Assembly (NCBI GenBank): GCA_023386135.1 | Contig: JAEWKG010000019.1 | Span: forward strand, 1-35,979 | Direction of reading: 5' to 3' | Length of the DNA stretch: 35,979 nucleotides | Source: Pseudomonadota bacterium | GTDB taxonomy: Bacteria; Pseudomonadota; Alphaproteobacteria; Sphingomonadales; Sphingomonadaceae | Shown: positions 19,432 through 28,140 of the stretch, piece by piece | How positions within the stretch are numbered: the first letter of the stretch is position 1 | How the letters are laid out: each line of letters opens with the position of its first letter | Notes under the pieces: generated by a model | Seen by the model: the letters and a program-made list of their open reading frames with translations, nothing else | Told to the model about the DNA's origin: nothing | The model's database searches: none | Position numbers and translations under genes: made by a program

Positions 19432-20655
19432 TCAAGTGACGGCGCTGCGCACTTTGTATTCCGGCCGGTCCCATTCGTCCGCCGCCATGACGGCATCGAT
19501 GTGTTCGACCGCTGCGGCGACCTCGGCATGGGTGGTGTAGAGCGGGGTGAAGCCGAAGCGCAGGATGTCGGGCGCGCGGAAATCTCCGATCACCCCACGC
19601 GCGATCAGTGCCTGCATGATCGCGTAGCCCTCCGTGTGGCGGTAGGACACTTGGCTCCCCCTGTCGGCCGGATCGGCCGGACTGGCGAGCGTGAAGCCCC
19701 AGCGCTCGGCGAGCGGCGTCATCCGCTCGATGAAAAGCTGCGACAGCGAGATCGACTTGGCGCGAACCGCCGCCATGTCGGCCTCGAGGAACAGGTCGAC
19801 CCCGACCTCGAACGCCGCCATCCCGAGAACCGGCGGTGTGCCGACGAGGAATCGCGCGATCCCGGGCGCCGACTCATAGCGATCCTCGAATGCAAACGGC
19901 GCGGCATGGCCGAACCACCCGGTCAGTGCCGGGGTGACCGCGTTCTGATGCCGCTCAGCAACGTACAGGAAGCCCGGTGCTCCCGGCCCGCCGTTCAAAT
20001 ACTTGTACCCGCAGCCGACTGCGAAATCGGCGCTGGCGGCGGTCAGGTCGACCGGGATCGCCCCGGCACTGTGGCTGAGGTCCCAGATCATCAGCGCGCC
20101 ATGATCCTGCGCCAGCTTGGTGACCCGCGCCATGTCGCGCATCTTGCCGGTCTTGTAATGCACCTGGGTCAGCAGGACGGCCGCGACCCTCTCGTCGATC
20201 GCGCCTTCGATCTCATCAGGTTGAACCATTTGTGCGCGGACCTGGCGGCCGGTCAGCGCCTCGATTCCCTGCATGATGTAGATGTCGGTCGGGAAGTTGC
20301 CGCTCTCCGACAGGATCACGTTCCGCCCCTGCTGCAGGGCAATCGCCGCGGTCAGCGCCTTGAAAACGTTGATCGAGGTCGAATCGCACGCGACCACCTC
20401 GCCCCCCCGCGCCCCGATCAGTCGGCCGATCTTGTCCCCGATCCGTTGCGGCGTCCCGACCCAGTCGGCCTTGTTCCAAGAAGTGATCAGCCCTCCGCCC
20501 CACTCGCTGCGGACCGTTTCCAGCACCCGCGCCTCGGTCGCCTTGGGCAGCGCGCCGAGCGAGTTGCCGTCGAGGTAGATCACTCCCTCGGGCAGCACGA
20601 AGCGGTCGCGGAAATGCGCCAGCGGGTCGGCGGCGTCGAGAGCATCAGGTGCCAT
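19432..20655 (-). CDS. kynU: Kynureninase (PLP-dependent)
   Basis: LDAADPLAHFRDRF, IYLDGNSLG, NFPTDIY, WDLSHSAG, PLP-Lys motif GCGYKYLNGGPG, GWFGH, RGSQVS, GDFRAPD. Confidence 0.93.
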   Translation of the reverse strand: MAPDALDAADPLAHFRDRFVLPEGVIYLDGNSLGALPKATEARVLETVRSEWGGGLITSWNKADWVGTPQRIGDKIGRLIGARGGEVVACDSTSINVFKALTAAIALQQGRNVILSESGNFPTDIYIMQGIEALTGRQVRAQMVQPDEIEGAIDERVAAVLLTQVHYKTGKMRDMARVTKLAQDHGALMIWDLSHSAGAIPVDLTAASADFAVGCGYKYLNGGPGAPGFLYVAERHQNAVTPALTGWFGHAAPFAFEDRYESAPGIARFLVGTPPVLGMAAFEVGVDLFLEADMAAVRAKSISLSQLFIERMTPLAERWGFTLASPADPADRGSQVSYRHTEGYAIMQALIARGVIGDFRAPDILRFGFTPLYTTHAEVAAAVEHIDAVMAADEWDRPEYKVRSAVT

Positions 20656-20713
20656 GACGCTACCGCATAGAAGCGTTTGCCAGCCCAGCGCAAATCGCGC
20701 ACGGTGACGCACG

Positions 20714-21730
20714 ATGGGAGATACCGAAGACTTGGCGAACGCCCTGCGCGACGCCGCTCGCGAAGCCGGCCTCGCGGTTGCCGAGGTCGATGGCCTGCGA
20801 TTGTTATCAGGCGGGGCGAGCAAGGAAATGTGGGCGTTCGACCTCATTGGAGACGGCGGCGCCGCGACCCCGCTGGTGCTGCGCAGGCAACCTGTGGGCC
20901 GCCCCTTCTCCTCGCAGGGCCTACCCAGCGTCGCGGCCGAAGCCGCGTTGGTGCGGCTGGCGGACAGCGTCGGCGTGCCGGTGCCCTCGGTCGCGTTCGA
21001 GCTGCCGCCGGGATCGCCCGCCGGCGACGGCTACGCGATGGCGCGGATCGTCGGCGAGACGGTCGGCGGCCGCGTGCTCAAGCTGCCCGACCTGGCCGAG
21101 GCCCGCGCCGGCATGGCCCGCCACTGCGGCGAAATCCTCGCCCGGCTCCACGGTGCGAGCGGCTACGAAGACCTCGGCCTGCGCCACATCGGCGCGCGGG
21201 AAGAGCTCGCCGCGCTGGAGGAGCGCCACCGCGCGACCGGTCACGACCGCCCCGTGTTTGAACTCGCGCTACGCTGGCTCAAGGACAACCTGCCGGAGGA
21301 GCGCACCCGCGCCCTCCTCCACGGCGACTTCCGCAACGGCAACGTGATGGTCGGGCCCGACGGCATCCGCGCGGTGCTCGACTGGGAGCTCGCGCATGTG
21401 GGCCCGCCGGTCTACGATCTCGCGTGGCTGTGCGTGACCAGCTGGCGCTTCCAGCGGCCCGAGCTGCCGGTGGGAGGCTTCGGCACGCGCGAGGACCTGA
21501 TCGCCGGTTACGAGAGCGCCGGCGGCGCGCCGGTCGACCGCGCCGAGTTGCACGCGTGGGAGGTTTTCCAGACGATGAACTGGGGCGTGATGTGCGCCGG
21601 AGTGGCGGAAGCCTTCGTCGAGGGCAGCCGCTCGATCGAGGCCGGGGTCATCGCCCGCCGCGCTTCCGAGACCGAGTTCGACCTGATGCGCCTCCTCGCA
21701 CCGGACCACGAGGCCTGGAATGTTCGATAG
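20714..21730 (+). CDS. APH/choline-kinase-like phosphotransferase (ACAD10/11 N-terminal kinase / LvaA-like)
   Basis: LSGGASKEMW, LVLRR, Brenner motif HGDFRNGN, VLDWELAH. Confidence 0.88.
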   Translation: MGDTEDLANALRDAAREAGLAVAEVDGLRLLSGGASKEMWAFDLIGDGGAATPLVLRRQPVGRPFSSQGLPSVAAEAALVRLADSVGVPVPSVAFELPPGSPAGDGYAMARIVGETVGGRVLKLPDLAEARAGMARHCGEILARLHGASGYEDLGLRHIGAREELAALEERHRATGHDRPVFELALRWLKDNLPEERTRALLHGDFRNGNVMVGPDGIRAVLDWELAHVGPPVYDLAWLCVTSWRFQRPELPVGGFGTREDLIAGYESAGGAPVDRAELHAWEVFQTMNWGVMCAGVAEAFVEGSRSIEAGVIARRASETEFDLMRLLAPDHEAWNVR

Positions 21731-22076
21731 ACCCGCCCCATCCCTCCTCATCGCCGAGGCCCGCCGCGCGCTCGACGCCGGCGTCGCCGCGGGCTTCCCG
21801 CAGAAGGTGGTCGCCAACGCGCTCGGCATCGCCCAGCGGCAGCTCGAGACAGGGCCGGCGCTGGCTGAAGCGGAGCACTCACGACTTCGAGGATTGCTCG
21901 ATCAGAACGGCGACCTCGCTGCGCTCAACGCGGCTCTCGCCTCGGCCATTCGCGCCGGTGGCGTCGCGCTCGATACTCCGCAACTGATGGAGCACCTGAT
22001 CCTCACCACGGTGGCCAAGCTGGAGATCGACCAGCCCGCCTACCCCGCGTTCAAGGCCTGGCGCGAGGGCGCTTAA
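21720..22076 (+). CDS. Small helical partner of the kinase (DUF6285/LvaB-like)
   Basis: 118 aa, overlaps the kinase stop by 11 nt. Contains DRP, VVANALGIAQR, LNAALASAIRAG and KLEIDQPAY. The family name is recognised from memory. Confidence 0.75.
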   Translation: MFDRPAPSLLIAEARRALDAGVAAGFPQKVVANALGIAQRQLETGPALAEAEHSRLRGLLDQNGDLAALNAALASAIRAGGVALDTPQLMEHLILTTVAKLEIDQPAYPAFKAWREGA

Positions 22077-22645
22077 TCGCCGCCCAGCGAGGCGAGGCTG
22101 CGCGCCCCGTCGACCACCTGCTTCGCGACCAGTTCCAACTGCCCGCGCGAGCGTTCGTCGAGCCGCTCGCCATCTTGCGCAAACATGTCCGGCCCGACGC
22201 GGATCGTGGCTCCCAGAGGGGTCGGCCAACCGCGGAGCGCGTGCACCACGGTGCGCAAGGTCTGCATCGTGTTGACGGTCGCCTGGTCCCCGTAGGCGGT
22301 TGCGATCAGGCCAACCGCGCGCCCGTCGAGATAGGGCCGCGCGTCGTTCGCCAGGTCTTCGAGGTAATCGAGCGCGTTCTTGACCAGGCCCGATACGGTG
22401 CCGTGATAGCCGGGCGCGGAGATCAGCAGACCGTCCGCGTTGCGCACCGCCTCGACCATCTCGGCCCCGTCCTGCGAGGTGTGGCCCGGCCCGCGATAGT
22501 GCGGCAGGGCAGCGAGATAACTGCCGTCGAACAGCGTCACCGCCGCGCCCTCTGCCTCGGCTGAAGCGATCGCTGCCTTGAGTGCGAGTTCGGTCGCGCT
22601 GCCGGGGGAAACCGTGCCGCCGATGGCGACGATGCGGGGGGTCAA
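22073..22645 (-). CDS. NAD(P)H-dependent FMN reductase (flavodoxin-like)
   Basis: IVAIGGT, ADGLLISAPGYHGTVSGLVKNALDY, GRAVGLIA. Probable TTG start at 22645 overlapping the glpD stop (TTGA), with a CAGGAG RBS. Confidence 0.88.
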   Translation of the reverse strand: MTPRIVAIGGTVSPGSATELALKAAIASAEAEGAAVTLFDGSYLAALPHYRGPGHTSQDGAEMVEAVRNADGLLISAPGYHGTVSGLVKNALDYLEDLANDARPYLDGRAVGLIATAYGDQATVNTMQTLRTVVHALRGWPTPLGATIRVGPDMFAQDGERLDERSRGQLELVAKQVVDGARSLASLGGD

Positions 22646-24108
22646 GCGGGTTGCTCCTGCGCGAGAAAGTGTTCCAGCGCCTCTCGCTGATCGGCGGAGA
22701 AACGCAAGCCCAGCTTGGTCCGCCGCCACAGGATGTCGTCGGCGGTCATGGCCCACTCGCGCTGGCGGAGATGGTGGACTTCGCCGGTGGTTAGGCCGTG
22801 GCCGAGATGCTCACCGGCCAAGATGTCGGCGGCCAGCGTCCCATATGCCTTGACCAAGCGATCGGCCCATTCGGGTCGGAGAAACGCATGGCGCGCCAGC
22901 AGGTCCGCGACCAGTTCAGGCTGGCCGTCGAGCGGGAAATTCCCGCCCGGCAGCGGCACACTGGCGGTCCAGCCCGGCCCAGCAAGTTCCGGCAGCCGAT
23001 CGGCGAGGAACTCAACCGCCTCCTCCGCAAGATGGCGATAGGTTGTGATCTTGCCGCCGAAGACGCTGAGGATCGGCGCGCCTTCGCTCTGGTCCGACAG
23101 CTCGAAGCGGTAGCCGCGCGTCGCGGCCTCGGGTTTCCCCGACCCATCGTCGACCAGCGGCCGCACGCCGGCGTAGGACCACACCACATCCTCGGGCCGC
23201 ACCGGCTGGCGGAAGAAGCGGCTCGCACCCCGGCAGAGGTATGCGATCTCCTCCGCGCTCGCTTCGATCGGCGCGCCGGGCGGGTGATCGCGGTCGGTGG
23301 TGCCGATGAGCGTGAAGTCGCGCTCGTAGGGAATGGCGAAGAAGATGCGCCCGTCGGGGAGCTGGAAGAAATAGGGATAGGGGTGGTCGAATAGCTTCGA
23401 CACCACGACGTGCGAGCCGCGCACCAGGCGGATGCCGCTGTCGCTGTCCTCATGCGCGACGCCGAGCACCTTGAGCACAGCAGGCCCGGCCGCGTTAACC
23501 ACCGCGCGGGCGGTGAACACGCCCTGCGACGTCGCGATCCGCCAGCCGCTTCCCGCGCGCTCGATCCGCTCGACAAAACACCGGGTGCGCACCTCGGCCC
23601 CGCGGTCGGCCGCGTCGCGCGCGTTAAGCACCACCAATCGCGCGTCGTCGACCCAGCAGTCCGAATAGACGAAACCGTGGGTAAACTCGGGCTTCAGCGG
23701 CGCGCCCGCCGGGTGCTCGCCGAGCCGGATCGTCTCGGTCGCGGGCAGCTTTCGCCGCGCGCCGATGTGGTCGTAGAGGAACAGCCCCAGCCGCAGCAGC
23801 CAGCGCGGGCGTAGGCCGCTGACGTAGGGCAGCACGAAGCGCATCGGCCAGATGATGTGCGGCGCGATCGCCCACAGCCGCTCGCGCTCGCCGAGCGCCT
23901 CGCGCACCAGGCCGAATTCGTAGTGCTCGAGGTAGCGCAGGCCACCGTGGATGAGCTTGCTCGACGCCGAGGACGTGCCGCCGGCGAGGTCGCCCGCCTC
24001 CAGCAGAAGGACCCGCACGCCGCGCCCCGCGAGGTCGCGCGCGATCCCCGCGCCGTTCACGCCGCCGCCGATCACCGCGATGTCGAAGGATCGTTCAGCC
24101 TCGGCCAC
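22642..24108 (-). CDS. glpD: Aerobic glycerol-3-phosphate dehydrogenase
   Basis: IGGGVNGAGIARD, GTSSASSKLIHGGLRYLE, DCWVDDARL, GGKITTYR, DILWRRTKLG. CAGGAG RBS before GTG. Confidence 0.93.
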   Translation of the reverse strand: MAEAERSFDIAVIGGGVNGAGIARDLAGRGVRVLLLEAGDLAGGTSSASSKLIHGGLRYLEHYEFGLVREALGERERLWAIAPHIIWPMRFVLPYVSGLRPRWLLRLGLFLYDHIGARRKLPATETIRLGEHPAGAPLKPEFTHGFVYSDCWVDDARLVVLNARDAADRGAEVRTRCFVERIERAGSGWRIATSQGVFTARAVVNAAGPAVLKVLGVAHEDSDSGIRLVRGSHVVVSKLFDHPYPYFFQLPDGRIFFAIPYERDFTLIGTTDRDHPPGAPIEASAEEIAYLCRGASRFFRQPVRPEDVVWSYAGVRPLVDDGSGKPEAATRGYRFELSDQSEGAPILSVFGGKITTYRHLAEEAVEFLADRLPELAGPGWTASVPLPGGNFPLDGQPELVADLLARHAFLRPEWADRLVKAYGTLAADILAGEHLGHGLTTGEVHHLRQREWAMTADDILWRRTKLGLRFSADQREALEHFLAQEQPA

Positions 24109-24134
24109 ACCGCTCCTGCACGATAATGCGCCAA

Positions 24135-24211
24135 TGGTAGCGGAGGAGGGACTTGAACCCCCGACACGCGGATTATGATTCCGCTGCTCTAACCAGCTGA
24201 GCTACTCCGCC
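24135..24211 (-). tRNA. tRNA-Met(CAT), elongator type
   Basis: Minus strand GGCGGAGTAGCTCAGCTGGTTAGAGCAGCGGAATCATAATCCGCGTGTCGGGGGTTCAAGTCCCTCCTCCGCTACCA (77 nt), anticodon CAT, encoded CCA. Lacks the C1 mismatch and GGG/CCC anticodon stem of initiator tRNA. Confidence 0.95.
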
Positions 24212-24248
24212 CCGTGGGCAGGCCGGGCAGGCGCCCGGACAGGCGGCG

Positions 24249-24277
24249 CATTTAGGTGGACGCTTGCACCCGGTCAA
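24249..24277 (-). promoter_or_regulatory. Sigma70 promoter of tRNA-Met
   Basis: Minus strand TTGACC-N17-TAAATG followed by the GC-rich discriminator CGCCGCC. The -35 overlaps the stop codon of the upstream gene. Confidence 0.65.
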
Positions 24278-24783
24278 CCGCGAAACGGCCACCGCTTCAC
24301 GGTCTCCCACGGCCCGCCGCGATAGCGGTGGAGCGCGAGGCCCGCGAAGGCGAAATCGCGCGGCTCGATCACCGCGGCAAGATGCGCCTGCAGTGCCTTC
24401 GCCTTGGTGCTCGAAACCTTGTTTTGCACCGTGACGTGAAGGCGGAGCGCCTGCTGGTCCTGCGCGGTGAGCAGGCCGTGAAAGCGGCCGGCGATGAGCC
24501 CGCGCAGTTCGAGCATCGCCGGGCTGGACAGCTTGAGCGCGGTTCCCCCGCCGAGCGACATAATCCCTTCGAGCCGCGCCGGCACCGGCTTCGCGCGCGC
24601 CTCGGCGGAGAGAACGTCCTTCAACTCCTCCTCGTAAGGCGCTGGAATCGCGTGGAACAGCGTGACGTGCGCCTTGAGGAAATTGCGCTCGGGCGGGAAG
24701 TGGTCCCGACGCAGCTGATCGGCGCGCGATTGCAGCGCCTCGGGCAATTCGGCGGTGACGATCAGCGACGCCAAATCGCGCAC
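24274..24783 (-). CDS. 2H phosphoesterase (2'-5' RNA ligase family)
   Basis: Two HxT motifs, AHVTLFH and LHVTVQNK. Probable GTG start 4 nt after the mltG stop. Confidence 0.85.
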   Translation of the reverse strand: MRDLASLIVTAELPEALQSRADQLRRDHFPPERNFLKAHVTLFHAIPAPYEEELKDVLSAEARAKPVPARLEGIMSLGGGTALKLSSPAMLELRGLIAGRFHGLLTAQDQQALRLHVTVQNKVSSTKAKALQAHLAAVIEPRDFAFAGLALHRYRGGPWETVKRWPFRG

Positions 24784-24787
24784 GTGG

Positions 24788-25750
24788 CTAGTCGAGCTCC
24801 CCGCGCGCGCGGCGGATGGCGAACCAGCGCTGGACGTTGGCGTTGTGCTCGGCGAGCGTGGCGGCGAACACGTGCCCACCCTTGCCATTGGCAACCATGT
24901 ACAGCGCGTCGGTCGACGCCGGGTTGAGCACCGCCGCTATGCTGTCTCGTCCCGGATTGGTGATCGGCCCGACCGGCAGCCCGCTCATGGTGTAGGTGTT
25001 ATAGCCATTGACCGCGGCGATCTCGCTCTGACGGATGCGGCGGCCCAAAGGTTTGCCCTTGGTGATCGGGTAGATGATCGTGGGATCGGCCTGCAGCGGC
25101 ATCCCCGACTTCACCCGGTTCGAGTAGAGCCCGGCGACCATCCGCCGCTCGCTCGCGACGCCGGTCTCCTTTTCGACGATCGAGGCCAGCGTCAGCGCCT
25201 GCTCGGGCGTCGTAACCGCGATGCCGGGTTTGCGCTTCGACCACGCTTCGGCGAGGTATTTGGTCATCGCTGCCTGCATCCGCGCAAGTACCTTCACGCG
25301 GCTCTCGCCGCGCTCGAAATCGTAGGTGTCGGGGAGGACCGAGCCCTCCTCCGGCACCGGGATCGGACCGGTCAGCAGCGGTTCGGCTATCAGCTTCTCG
25401 TAGACGCTGATCGAGGGCAGGCCCTCAGGCACGGTGACGAAACGGCGGATGACCTGGCCGTGCTGCAGCGTGTCGAGGATCGTCGCGGCGCTCGACCCGG
25501 CGAGAATCGCGAATTCGCCGCGCTGGACCGGATCGCCGCTGCCGAGGATTTTGGCGCGGAGCAGGAAACTGCTCTTCGAACCGACCAGCCCCTCCTTCTC
25601 GAGCTTGCCTGCGACCGAAGTCAGCGTGGCGCCGTCGGGCACGGTGAAGGCGGTGTTCTTGCCCACCGCGCTCGAGCCGTACCAGCCCCAGGCGAACCAC
25701 ACGAAAGCCAGTGCGGCGACCGCGATGAGCGCCAGCGCGGCCTTGCGCAT
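24788..25750 (-). CDS. mltG: Endolytic peptidoglycan transglycosylase MltG (YceG)
   Basis: N-terminal TM, VTVPEG, LASIVEKET (catalytic Glu), LQADPT, YNTY..GLPVGPITNPG. Downstream of fabF, as is typical. Confidence 0.95.
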   Translation of the reverse strand: MRKAALALIAVAALAFVWFAWGWYGSSAVGKNTAFTVPDGATLTSVAGKLEKEGLVGSKSSFLLRAKILGSGDPVQRGEFAILAGSSAATILDTLQHGQVIRRFVTVPEGLPSISVYEKLIAEPLLTGPIPVPEEGSVLPDTYDFERGESRVKVLARMQAAMTKYLAEAWSKRKPGIAVTTPEQALTLASIVEKETGVASERRMVAGLYSNRVKSGMPLQADPTIIYPITKGKPLGRRIRQSEIAAVNGYNTYTMSGLPVGPITNPGRDSIAAVLNPASTDALYMVANGKGGHVFAATLAEHNANVQRWFAIRRARGELD

Positions 25751-25751
25751 G

Positions 25752-27011
25752 TCAGTCGACCTTCTTGAAGATCACGCTCGCGTTGGTGCCGCCGAAGCCG
25801 AAGCTGTTCGAAAGCGCGGCATGGACTTCGCGGTGCTTGGCCTTGTGCGGCACAAGGTCGACGCCCTCGGTCCCCTCGTCCGGGTCGTCGAGGTTGAGCG
25901 TCGGCGGCACCACCTGGTCGCGGATCGCGAGCACGCAGAAGATGCCCTCGACCGCGCCTGCTCCACCGAGCAGGTGGCCGATGGCCGACTTGGTGCTCGA
26001 CATCGATGCGCCCGAGAGGTCGTCGCCCAGCACGCGCTTGACCGCGGCGAGTTCGATCGTGTCGGCCATCGTCGAGGTGCCGTGCGCGTTGACGTAGTCG
26101 ATGTCGCCCGGGCCCATGCCGGCCTTGCGCAGCGCCATCTTCATCGCCAGCTCGGCGCCCTTGCCTTCGGGGTGCGGCGCGGTGACGTGGTAGGCATCGC
26201 CAGAGAGGCCGTAGCCGACCACCTCGGCGTAGATCTTCGCGCCGCGCGCCTTGGCGTGCTCGTATTCCTCGAGCACCATCACGCCCGCACCCTCGCCCAT
26301 CACGAAGCCGTCGCGGCCCTTGTCGTAGGGGCGGCTGGCCTGCTCGGGCCGGTCGTTCATGCTCATGTTGAGCGCCTTGGCCTGCGCGAAACCGGCCAAG
26401 CCGAGCGGATTGATCGTCGATTCCGCGCCGCCCGCGAGCATCACGTCGGCGTCATCGTCCTTGATCATGCGCGCCGCGTCACCGATCGAGTGCGCGCCGG
26501 TCGAGCAAGCGGTGACCACGGAGTGGTTGGGGCCCATCAGGCCGTACTTGATCGAGACCTGGCCGCTGGTGAGGTTGATCAGCCGTCCGTGCACGAAGTG
26601 CGGGGACACGCGGCCCGGGCCCTTCTCGGCCAGCACCAGCGATTCGCTCTCGATCCCCGGCAGCCCGCCAATGCCCGAGCCGATCGAAACGCCCGCGCGC
26701 TCCTTTTCCACGTCGGTCATGTTGTCGAGGCCGGCGTCCTCGAGCGCTTGGCCCGCGGCGTCGATCGCATAGACGATGAACGGCTCGACCTGGCGCTGCA
26801 CCTTGAAGTCCACGCGCTTGTCGGCGTCGAAGCCGTACTCGTGGTCCTTGGGCTTCACCTCGCCGGCGATCTTCGCCTTCTGGTCGGAGACATCGAAGCG
26901 GGTGATCGGCGCGATGCCGCTCTTGCCCGCGATGAGGTTCTTCCACGTCGTTTCGACATCGCCGCCCAGCGGGGTGACGAGGCCCAGTCCGGTTACGACC
27001 ACTCGGCGCAT
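25752..27011 (-). CDS. fabF: Beta-ketoacyl-ACP synthase II
   Basis: MRRVVVTGLG, TACSTG, NAHGTST, KSAIGHLLG (Cys-His-His), SNSFGFGGTN. Confidence 0.97.
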   Translation of the reverse strand: MRRVVVTGLGLVTPLGGDVETTWKNLIAGKSGIAPITRFDVSDQKAKIAGEVKPKDHEYGFDADKRVDFKVQRQVEPFIVYAIDAAGQALEDAGLDNMTDVEKERAGVSIGSGIGGLPGIESESLVLAEKGPGRVSPHFVHGRLINLTSGQVSIKYGLMGPNHSVVTACSTGAHSIGDAARMIKDDDADVMLAGGAESTINPLGLAGFAQAKALNMSMNDRPEQASRPYDKGRDGFVMGEGAGVMVLEEYEHAKARGAKIYAEVVGYGLSGDAYHVTAPHPEGKGAELAMKMALRKAGMGPGDIDYVNAHGTSTMADTIELAAVKRVLGDDLSGASMSSTKSAIGHLLGGAGAVEGIFCVLAIRDQVVPPTLNLDDPDEGTEGVDLVPHKAKHREVHAALSNSFGFGGTNASVIFKKVD

Positions 27012-27104
27012 GCTACTCTCCGTAAATGCAACAGGCCCGAACCCCTTCGAAGGGTGCGCGCCTGCTGACGCCCCGCCGAACGGCGAGCACGGCGGGGTGG
27101 GCAA

Positions 27105-27341
27105 TCAGCCCTTGTGCTCTTCGATGTACTTGGTCGCGTCGCCGACGGTGGTGATCTTCTCGGCCGCGTCGTCGGGGATTTCCACGCCGAATTCTTCCTC
27201 GAAGGCCATCACCAGCTCGACGATGTCGAGGCTGTCCGCGCCCAGATCGTCGATGAAGCTCGCGTCCTGGGTGACCTTGTCGGCCTCGACGCCGAGGTGT
27301 TCGACGACGATCTTCTGCACGCGTTCGGCGGTATCGCTCAT
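27105..27341 (-). CDS. acpP: Acyl carrier protein
   Basis: 78 aa, [21 protein letters not shown] with the phosphopantetheine Ser. Confidence 0.97.
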   Translation of the reverse strand: MSDTAERVQKIVVEHLGVEADKVTQDASFIDDLGADSLDIVELVMAFEEEFGVEIPDDAAEKITTVGDATKYIEEHKG

Positions 27342-27438
27342 GAGTGTTTCCCTCTTGAGTTGGGGTTTCGAATTAGCTGTCGCCCTAATGAACGCGATTA
27401 CGGCTGGCAAGTGCCCGCCCACGCGTGGTGACGAGTGG

Positions 27439-28140
27439 CTAGGGCGCGCCTTCGACGTTCATCACATTATAGCGGCGCACCTCGTCCTGGGTGAGGCAGT
27501 AGCGGGTGCTGGGGTTCTCGGCCGACTTCACCGCCTGCTGGCGGTACATCACGTCGGTCAGCAGCTTGCGGCTGACGCCCATGCGGATGAGGAAATCGTT
27601 GTCGTCGCTGGCGAGCAGCGCGCTCGACTGCTCGATCTCGCCGATCAGGCCGGCGGTCGCGTTGGTGCCTTCCGCGATGGTTTCCTGGATCACGTCGCGC
27701 TGATTGGTGTGCGTGAACATGTGGACCATGAACACGCCGCCCGGCTCAACCACGCGATACTGGCCGCCCATGAAGACGAAATTGCACGCCGAGAAGCAGG
27801 CCCAGCCGGCTGGGATACGCGTGAACATGTTGGGGAAGGAGCGGATCACCTTGCCGGCGGCATTGCCGGCGGCCGCGTCTCCGCCACTCGAGCGAATCCA
27901 GATTTCGCCGATCTGCTCGTCAGCCTCGATAGCCTTCCGCAAGCGGGCAGGCAGTCCCGCGTCGATCTTGCCTTCGGCAATGAGCACGCGGATGCCATTG
28001 CGGTCGGCGACCGTGAGCTTCATTGGCAAGGCGGGTCCGAAGTCGGGTGCCGCGGGGCACGTGGGATTTTCCGGGTCCGTCGCACCGCCGAGCACGGCGA
28101 AGGCTGCGAGCGCCAACGCGCCGCGCGCAAAGGCTCTCAC
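27439..28140 (-). CDS. Secreted hypothetical protein, ClpP/crotonase-like fold (COG3904-like)
   Basis: Signal-like N-terminus from GTG 28140 (GTGA overlap with the upstream gene). Motifs [25 protein letters not shown]. Confidence 0.7.
   Translation of the reverse strand: MRAFARGALALAAFAVLGGATDPENPTCPAAPDFGPALPMKLTVADRNGIRVLIAEGKIDAGLPARLRKAIEADEQIGEIWIRSSGGDAAAGNAAGKVIRSFPNMFTRIPAGWACFSACNFVFMGGQYRVVEPGGVFMVHMFTHTNQRDVIQETIAEGTNATAGLIGEIEQSSALLASDDNDFLIRMGVSRKLLTDVMYRQQAVKSAENPSTRYCLTQDEVRRYNVMNVEGAP

Noticed and set aside
20714..21730. Aminoglycoside resistance kinase
   Set aside because: Coupling to a small partner and proximity to an ACAD fit the metabolic LvaA/ACAD10-like group. There is no mobile context.
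22781..22850. Possibly shortened C-terminal loop in GlpD suggesting pseudogenisation
   Set aside because: The frame is intact with all catalytic motifs. The length difference is from memory only and cannot be verified without an alignment.
24135..24211. tRNA-Met as an integration site for an island
   Set aside because: No integrase, and no duplicated tRNA 3' end seen in the window. Flanking genes have host-like composition.
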